Shown: positions 58,517 through 64,000 of the stretch, in pieces | How the letters are laid out: every line of letters starts with the position of its first letter | Position numbering within the stretch: position 1 is the stretch's first letter | DNA from: a virus | DNA: 64,000 nucleotides | Strand: one strand, 5' to 3' | Virus record (IMG/VR): IMGVR_UViG_3300037961_003440 | Location: 1-64,000 of that record | Program-made: the position numbers and the translations under genes | Notes under the pieces: generated by a model | Seen by the model: only the letters and a program-made list of their open reading frames with translations | Databases searched by the model: none | Told to the model about the DNA's origin: nothing

Positions 58517-59558
58517 ACCTCCAACACTTTCCTATACAAAGTCCTTCTTCAATTAAAGTATTACAATTAGGTGACATATATCTTCCATCTACAATAAAAC
58601 TAACGTGTTTTTTTGTTTCACTTGAATTATAATCAATCCATGTATCTTCATTAGAAGCGATTGTTTTTATTTCATGTTCTATTAATGCCTTAATATCATT
58701 TAAAGCATTACCAGATAAATTTCTTGGTTTAATATCTAAGTTTTCTTTTACAATAACAAGTTCAGATAAAAACTCATTATACCATTGTACTAATAAAACT
58801 CTTGCTCTATGATTAGGATTTTCAGCCATTACTGCATTTTTTAAACAAGGTAATATTGGTAAATCACCCGGACTATCAACACTATCAATTTCTATATCAG
58901 CAGTTTCCATTTTTTTAACTTTAGGCCAATTAACTAATTTATTACCATAATAAATAGGTTTTATATTTCTTTTACCTTTCTGAGAGAGTTTATATATACT
59001 GGGCAATCCATTTAATAAATCATCATGTGTAATAGGAATACACCAACGGTTTGCTTTTAAATGAAAAGTATTTTGTATTCTTCTAAGTCTACTTGTATTA
59101 ATAACAACAGTATCAAGATAAGGACTTTTATTTACAACATCATAACATATATTAAAAAAGGCTTTAATTTGTCTAAATGATTTTGCTATATTACCATATA
59201 CAAATATATGAAATCCTCTACCAGAAAAAGATATATTATGTTTGTAATCTTTTTCTAATAACCAATTGTGCATTTTTAATACATCTTGATACAATTCGGG
59301 CATGGATTTTTCATTACCATGTGCATCAAAATCTAAAAATATCCTGTCAAGAATAATAGAATATTCTAAACCTCTATTACTTGTAAAGTGTTCATAATTA
59401 TAAACGGATGTAAATAAATTCATTTTACCGTTATACATATTAATAAAGTCTTTATATTCCTTTTCATTTTTAACTACAATTCTTCCCGCTTCTCTTGCAT
59501 TATTTCTTAGACTCCCTGCCCACATTTCTCTCGGAAAATACATATTTATCACCTTCAT
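58497..59558 (-). CDS. Archaeo-eukaryotic primase, PriS catalytic domain fused to PriL Fe-S domain
   Basis: FLDFD, SGRGFH, RLRR; LPCL...NH..R...PNC..L...GLCIGKC. Confidence 0.85.
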   Translation of the reverse strand: MKVINMYFPREMWAGSLRNNAREAGRIVVKNEKEYKDFINMYNGKMNLFTSVYNYEHFTSNRGLEYSIILDRIFLDFDAHGNEKSMPELYQDVLKMHNWLLEKDYKHNISFSGRGFHIFVYGNIAKSFRQIKAFFNICYDVVNKSPYLDTVVINTSRLRRIQNTFHLKANRWCIPITHDDLLNGLPSIYKLSQKGKRNIKPIYYGNKLVNWPKVKKMETADIEIDSVDSPGDLPILPCLKNAVMAENPNHRARVLLVQWYNEFLSELVIVKENLDIKPRNLSGNALNDIKALIEHEIKTIASNEDTWIDYNSSETKKHVSFIVDGRYMSPNCNTLIEEGLCIGKCWRYGHDNN

Positions 59559-59627
59559 GTATTGAACAAAATAAATTATTAGTGTTAGTTAATTCGGCCT
59601 TACAGCCTTTAACCTTACACCTTTTAC

Positions 59628-60110
59628 TCATTCCATTCCTCTCTCTTTCAATTCACTATCACTTAATTGTTTAGTATCTGCTTTTATTCTATCTTTTAAA
59701 GTCATTATCTTTTCATTTTCGTTAGAACCGTCTTTAGGTCTTTCCAACTCTCTTTCCAATTCTTCTTCCATTTCTTTATTAATTTCTTCAATTGGTTCAT
59801 CATTAAAATTCACCGTCGCTGTTTTTAAATACAAAGATAGTTTTGCGGTAATCCATTCCTCTACTCTATCAAATGTTGTATTATATATTGCTTTAGCAAA
59901 AGACATTTGACCTTTTGGTAATTCTGTATCACAGATAATATAATATTTAGTTTCTATATCCATGTCAGATATTAATTCTCTTGCTAATTCTGATACAATA
60001 TCTTGTTTATTAATAATATCATTTAAAGTCCATTGTCTTTCCATTATTTTATTTTCTATTATACCGCTTTCATAAAATGTTTGACCTGCATTATTAGAAC
60101 CAATCGTCAT
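59628..60110 (-). CDS. Hypothetical protein
   Basis: GGAGG RBS favours ATG 60110 over track start 60155. Confidence 0.7.
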   Translation of the reverse strand: MTIGSNNAGQTFYESGIIENKIMERQWTLNDIINKQDIVSELARELISDMDIETKYYIICDTELPKGQMSFAKAIYNTTFDRVEEWITAKLSLYLKTATVNFNDEPIEEINKEMEEELERELERPKDGSNENEKIMTLKDRIKADTKQLSDSELKERGME

Positions 60111-60972
60111 TTTGACTTCCTCCATCTGCCGCTTCACAATGGTCATAATGTCCACAATGAATACATTTTTTATAGAAATAAGATGCTTTCCATTCTTGTT
60201 CTAAATATGATTCAATTAACTTTTCAAATGAAGCCTTAACTGCGGTTTCAGAACGCTTAGAAACTTTTTCAGCATATACATAATTACTTGCTGGATAATA
60301 CCAAGCCCAATGAGTAAAAGGAATATCAGGGTCTAATCCTAATTTTCTAATTTGTTCGGGGTCAGCATTTTCAAATAGTATTTTATAAAACGCCATTTCT
60401 TTTCTCATAACTGTTTTCTTAGTATCTTTCCAAGCACCTGTTTTTAATTCCATAGGTATATATCCTCCATCTTCAAAAAATAGTCTATCAATAATACCTT
60501 GCAAGTGTACTTCAATACCTGATTCAGTAGTGTACTTTGCATCTAACATTATTTCATTTCCAATAGGAATAAATGTATCAAGAGTTTCTTCTTGATGACA
60601 TTCAATAAACCTTTCAGTATTATAAGCAGACATAGCCGTGTATAAATCTTCATAATCTTCTTTATCTGTTTCGGGGTAAAGACTTCTAAAATGCTTTTGT
60701 AATTTCATAGGTTCTTCTATAAATTCTAACGCATCATCAATCTTTACAATTTTCCAAAACTCTTCTTGGGCATTATGTACAATTGTACCTTTAATCATAG
60801 CAGGACTTGTTTTTTGTTTTATATCGTCAATATATCCATACTTATAATTAAGGTTACAAAAGCCATAACTACCAATAGAAGATTTTGTAATCTTTAATAT
60901 AGGCGGTTTTCCATCTGTATTTCCTTCCCATTTATATGTGTATTCTCCATTTTCTTTTCTCATTCTAAACAC
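60094..60972 (-). CDS. Cas4-like PD-(D/E)xK exonuclease
   Basis: N-terminal Cys, GTIVH, GIIDRL...ELKTG, C-terminal CIHCGHYDHC. Confidence 0.85.
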   Translation of the reverse strand: MFRMRKENGEYTYKWEGNTDGKPPILKITKSSIGSYGFCNLNYKYGYIDDIKQKTSPAMIKGTIVHNAQEEFWKIVKIDDALEFIEEPMKLQKHFRSLYPETDKEDYEDLYTAMSAYNTERFIECHQEETLDTFIPIGNEIMLDAKYTTESGIEVHLQGIIDRLFFEDGGYIPMELKTGAWKDTKKTVMRKEMAFYKILFENADPEQIRKLGLDPDIPFTHWAWYYPASNYVYAEKVSKRSETAVKASFEKLIESYLEQEWKASYFYKKCIHCGHYDHCEAADGGSQNDDWF

Positions 60973-61001
60973 CTTTTCTATATTTTTATTTGGGAGGATT
61001 T

Positions 61002-61475
61002 TTATTTCGCTTTTTTTAGTTCGTCAATTAATTGACTTGCCCCCTGTCGGGTAAGCCCTTCAGGTATATCTCCACCCAATTTTTTGATATACTTGATTTG
61101 ATTATCTGTTGGTTCTTTATCTGCATTTTCTTTAGATACTCTTGAAGTAGCACCTTCTAAATTAGTTCTTAACATAGAAGCAGTAGTTAAATCATGACAC
61201 GCTTTACATAATTCAACAACATTAGACCTTGCACTAATTAAGTGAAGTAGTCCTTCTTTTTTACATTTATGTTGAGATATTATATGATGCCATTCAGTAT
61301 ATCCATCTTCAGGGGCTTCTAAACAAATACTACAAATGCCTGTTTTAACCCAAAGATTTTCTTCTTCAAGTTGTAACTTAGCAATTTTTTCTTCAGCCTT
61401 GTTATACTTTTCTTCCAACCTATCCATTTCATTCTTCAATTTTTGTATTTCCTTAATATTACTTTTTTCTCTCAC
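61002..61475 (-). CDS. HNH endonuclease-like protein
   Basis: CSIC...EWHHII...NVVELCKACH. Confidence 0.8.
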   Translation of the reverse strand: MREKSNIKEIQKLKNEMDRLEEKYNKAEEKIAKLQLEEENLWVKTGICSICLEAPEDGYTEWHHIISQHKCKKEGLLHLISARSNVVELCKACHDLTTASMLRTNLEGATSRVSKENADKEPTDNQIKYIKKLGGDIPEGLTRQGASQLIDELKKAK

Positions 61476-61476
61476 A

Positions 61477-63879
61477 TTACCACCAATTATCTAATGTTGT
61501 TTGTCTGCCGTCATTGGCTATCGCTGATAAATCCCACCTTAGAGATTCGTATATTAAACTGACTTTCTTATTTATTTCAGAATCGGCCAGCCTAACCCAA
61601 TTTATCGGAAAGTTATCTATAACTTCCTCCAATTTTTTAAATGCAATATAATCCACATTTCTTATTCTTCCCTTAGTTTCATACTGTCTTGGGAAGTTCT
61701 TAATACCTTTGTTATCTACATTGTAATAATAATAACTATCACCTACATTTATTGTTCCTATTTCTTGATTGTAAAACAGAACACCTGCTGAACCACCTGC
61801 AATAGAATCATATTCGTCTAATGGTCGTCTTAATCTACTTTGTTTGATAACTGATGAGGATTTATATTTACCACCTTTTACTAATTTGTACATGGCTTTA
61901 GCATACTTAGTTACTTCTTCTTCGGTTTTACCTAAAGCAACCATTTTTAATATTTTAGATTGTACTTCTTTTGCTAACTTAGTTTCATTTGATTTCTTCA
62001 TTTCAAAACCCATAACAAAGAATTCATCTTCTATATCCTTTCCATCTTTCCAAGAAAGATAACCACAATAACGATTCTTTTTCTTAGATAGGAAAAATGA
62101 TTTTGCATATTTTTCAAATTCTAATACAACATGATTATTAAATACTTCATTTTGAATATAGTCATTTAATTTTTTACAAAGAAGCGTAGCATCTGATGTA
62201 TCTTTTACTTTTACAAATATAGAATCAGTATGTCCATAAATTACTTCATAACCTAATTCTATTGATTTAAATGCTACACTTCTCATCGCTTCTCTTGCAC
62301 TTGCTGTAATTGCTTGAGCCATTTCCATATCTCCCCAACCATAACCGTCTTTTGCTAATACTCCATATAAAGCATTTACACCACGCTTAGTAGCCATTTG
62401 TGCTGAATCCCATTTACGATATTCATCATCATTTTTAGCATTCTTTCTTTTGGTTTTATATTCATCACGCATTTTCATTAGTGTTAAAACTGCTTGAGGC
62501 AAGATACCAATATTATCTTTACAGAATGATACACTTGGTTTTTCTCCTTTCCACTCAACTAAATTTTTAGGCATAGAAAAATAAACATTATGTCCATCAT
62601 CGCTAATAGTTTTTGTTTCCCATGAGATATTTCTTGCGGCCATCATACTTGGATATAGAGATTTGAAATCAAATACAGCAACATTTTCATGTAATCCAAA
62701 AGTTTCTTCTTCTTCAGGATTCATTACGAAAGCCGCTTCATATTTAGTTTTCATACCCTTCATACCTGTTGGTGCTTTCCAATTAGAATGTCGCATAAAA
62801 TATGCCGCACCCATTTGTGAATTATGAAATACACATTCAAAAGGACAAATAAATAGATGTTGTAGAGCAATATCATTTTCACTAATATTCATTTCATTGT
62901 CCATTCTAACCATCAATTCTACATCTACTCGGTTATACTCAAGGAATACTTCAGTATCTTCTAACCATGAGCGTCTAAAGAAATCATCATCTGTAAATTT
63001 AGCATTTGTTCTTTTCTTACCTGCATCTTCACCAAGTAATCTTTTAGAACAATAATCTAATTTAAGAGAAGGAAGTGTACCTCTTTGTGAGTCAAGCCAT
63101 AGTCTTTCAAAACGAGTCATCAAACAATAAGTAATTCTTCCCTTGATTGGTTGTGAAGTATTTGTATATTTAATATTATAAATTCTGTTATGAGATACGC
63201 CTCTAACTTCTCTATGTGGTGATAATTTTTGAGGATTGATTTTGTTTTCTAACAACCTACTAATAATTGTAGGTATATCAAAACCTAATACATACCAACC
63301 TATAATCATGTCAGGGTCTTTATCTTCTACAAATTTAACAAAAGCATTTAACATATCTTCTTCATCATCATAAACTAATACGTCTTTATAATAAGGTAGA
63401 GGTTCAATAGGAAAATGAGTCATTACATAATAGTATTCATCGTATGAATCATAAAATGTAATTGCATTTATTTGTCCATCATATCTTCCACCAACCTGTG
63501 TTTCAATATCAAGATACCATTTTCTTAAATTATATTGAGGTATAGATTCCATATTATCATTAGTATATTTTCTTGCTAAACCTATATCGGCTTCATAAGT
63601 TTTAATCCAATTATTCTTAGCATTATGAAAATCACCAACTGTTTCAAAAGAAACTTTTGTTAAAGGTTTATTATCAAGAGAAACCCAATCGCCAAATGTA
63701 TATGTTGGTTTTATTCTATTATTAGAATACTTACTTGATGAAGCAATATACTCAGGCATATCATCATTTCTATCAATAAAAAGATATGGTTTAAAATTAG
63801 TAATAGTTTTATTAACTCTTTTATTATCACTATCTCTCCAACGCATTTCAATGTTATTTTTTACTTCACTAATAATCAT
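61477..63879 (-). CDS. polB: Family B DNA polymerase
   Basis: ExoI LDIET, DFKSLYPS, KRGVNALYG, YGHTDS, KKNRY. Confidence 0.95.
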   Translation of the reverse strand: MIISEVKNNIEMRWRDSDNKRVNKTITNFKPYLFIDRNDDMPEYIASSSKYSNNRIKPTYTFGDWVSLDNKPLTKVSFETVGDFHNAKNNWIKTYEADIGLARKYTNDNMESIPQYNLRKWYLDIETQVGGRYDGQINAITFYDSYDEYYYVMTHFPIEPLPYYKDVLVYDDEEDMLNAFVKFVEDKDPDMIIGWYVLGFDIPTIISRLLENKINPQKLSPHREVRGVSHNRIYNIKYTNTSQPIKGRITYCLMTRFERLWLDSQRGTLPSLKLDYCSKRLLGEDAGKKRTNAKFTDDDFFRRSWLEDTEVFLEYNRVDVELMVRMDNEMNISENDIALQHLFICPFECVFHNSQMGAAYFMRHSNWKAPTGMKGMKTKYEAAFVMNPEEEETFGLHENVAVFDFKSLYPSMMAARNISWETKTISDDGHNVYFSMPKNLVEWKGEKPSVSFCKDNIGILPQAVLTLMKMRDEYKTKRKNAKNDDEYRKWDSAQMATKRGVNALYGVLAKDGYGWGDMEMAQAITASAREAMRSVAFKSIELGYEVIYGHTDSIFVKVKDTSDATLLCKKLNDYIQNEVFNNHVVLEFEKYAKSFFLSKKKNRYCGYLSWKDGKDIEDEFFVMGFEMKKSNETKLAKEVQSKILKMVALGKTEEEVTKYAKAMYKLVKGGKYKSSSVIKQSRLRRPLDEYDSIAGGSAGVLFYNQEIGTINVGDSYYYYNVDNKGIKNFPRQYETKGRIRNVDYIAFKKLEEVIDNFPINWVRLADSEINKKVSLIYESLRWDLSAIANDGRQTTLDNWW

Positions 63880-63888
63880 AATATCACC

Positions 63889-64000
63889 TTAATATAATCC
63901 ATGAGGTTTTGCTTCTAATTGTCCTGCTTGTGTAACTCTACAAAATGTTGCTTTAGTTTGAAAATCAGTAATAGTATGTGCGCCTACATAACTCATAGAG
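63889..64000 (-). CDS. C-terminal fragment of IMP dehydrogenase/GMP reductase family protein
   Basis: SMSYVGAHTITDFQTKATFCRVTQAGQLEAKPH matches the IMPDH C-terminal pattern SYxGA...F.R.T.AG..E..PH; only 36 aa visible. Confidence 0.7.
   Translation of the reverse strand, partial: SMSYVGAHTITDFQTKATFCRVTQAGQLEAKPHGLY

Larger units (their letters stand above)
1..64000. mobile_element. Genome segment of a tailed archaeal virus, probably a magrovirus (MGII/Poseidoniales virus), siphovirus-like tail
   Basis: TerL-portal-protease-MCP-adaptor-tail tube-chaperone-TMP gene order; archaeal-type replication genes; GGTGA RBS; no host housekeeping genes or integrase seen. Confidence 0.85.

Noticed and set aside
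60094-60972. Cas4-like gene as part of a CRISPR-Cas system
   Set aside because: Solo Cas4-like nucleases are common in archaeal viruses; no cas1/cas2 or array in the window
55632-62062. Plus-strand ORFs 55632, 57897, 60033, 61844
   Set aside because: Overlap the terminator or well-supported minus-strand genes
1-64000. tRNA/rRNA genes or stop-codon reassignment
   Set aside because: Intergenic gaps are too short and show no cloverleaf; genes are intact under the standard code with all three stops in use

Overview
AT-rich, gene-dense 64 kb segment of a tailed (HK97-fold, Caudoviricetes) archaeal virus, most consistent with a magrovirus infecting Marine Group II Euryarchaeota (Poseidoniales). 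Support for this: archaeal GGTGA Shine-Dalgarno sites, TATA-like promoters, archaeal-type PolB, fused PriS-PriL primase, ERCC4 nuclease, MCM-like ATPase, and a membrane protein with a GCT...NY...DDGSC motif. Plus strand 1-55.6 kb is a late/structural arm: an array of small unrelated genes, TerL, a LAGLIDADG protein, portal, ATP-dependent ligase, protease/scaffold, MCP, adaptor, tail tube, frameshifted tail chaperone, tape measure, tail tip and fibres. Minus strand 55.7-64 kb is a convergent replication arm. The main discovery is that 19 otherwise unrelated genes in 319-12447 begin with the same peptide, M-(S/T/N)-W-x-x-(I/T/Y)-(L/I/V)-K/Q-K. Copies also occur internally and at one C-terminus. 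The peptide resembles the C-terminal tail of the capsid scaffold (MSWEEL) and ends in a hydrophobic-hydrophobic-Lys site like those in the MCP, protease and scaffold. I infer a capsid-addressing and protease-release tag that loads a variable cargo set (PAP2 phosphatase, GNAT, HsdS-like domain, basic proteins) into the virion. Other findings: a nested scaffold gene with a duplicated RBS, apparent avoidance of GATC/AGCT/CTAG/CCWGG/GGWCC, two probable ATT starts and a -1 frameshift. All family assignments come from recognising motifs by eye; no searches were run.
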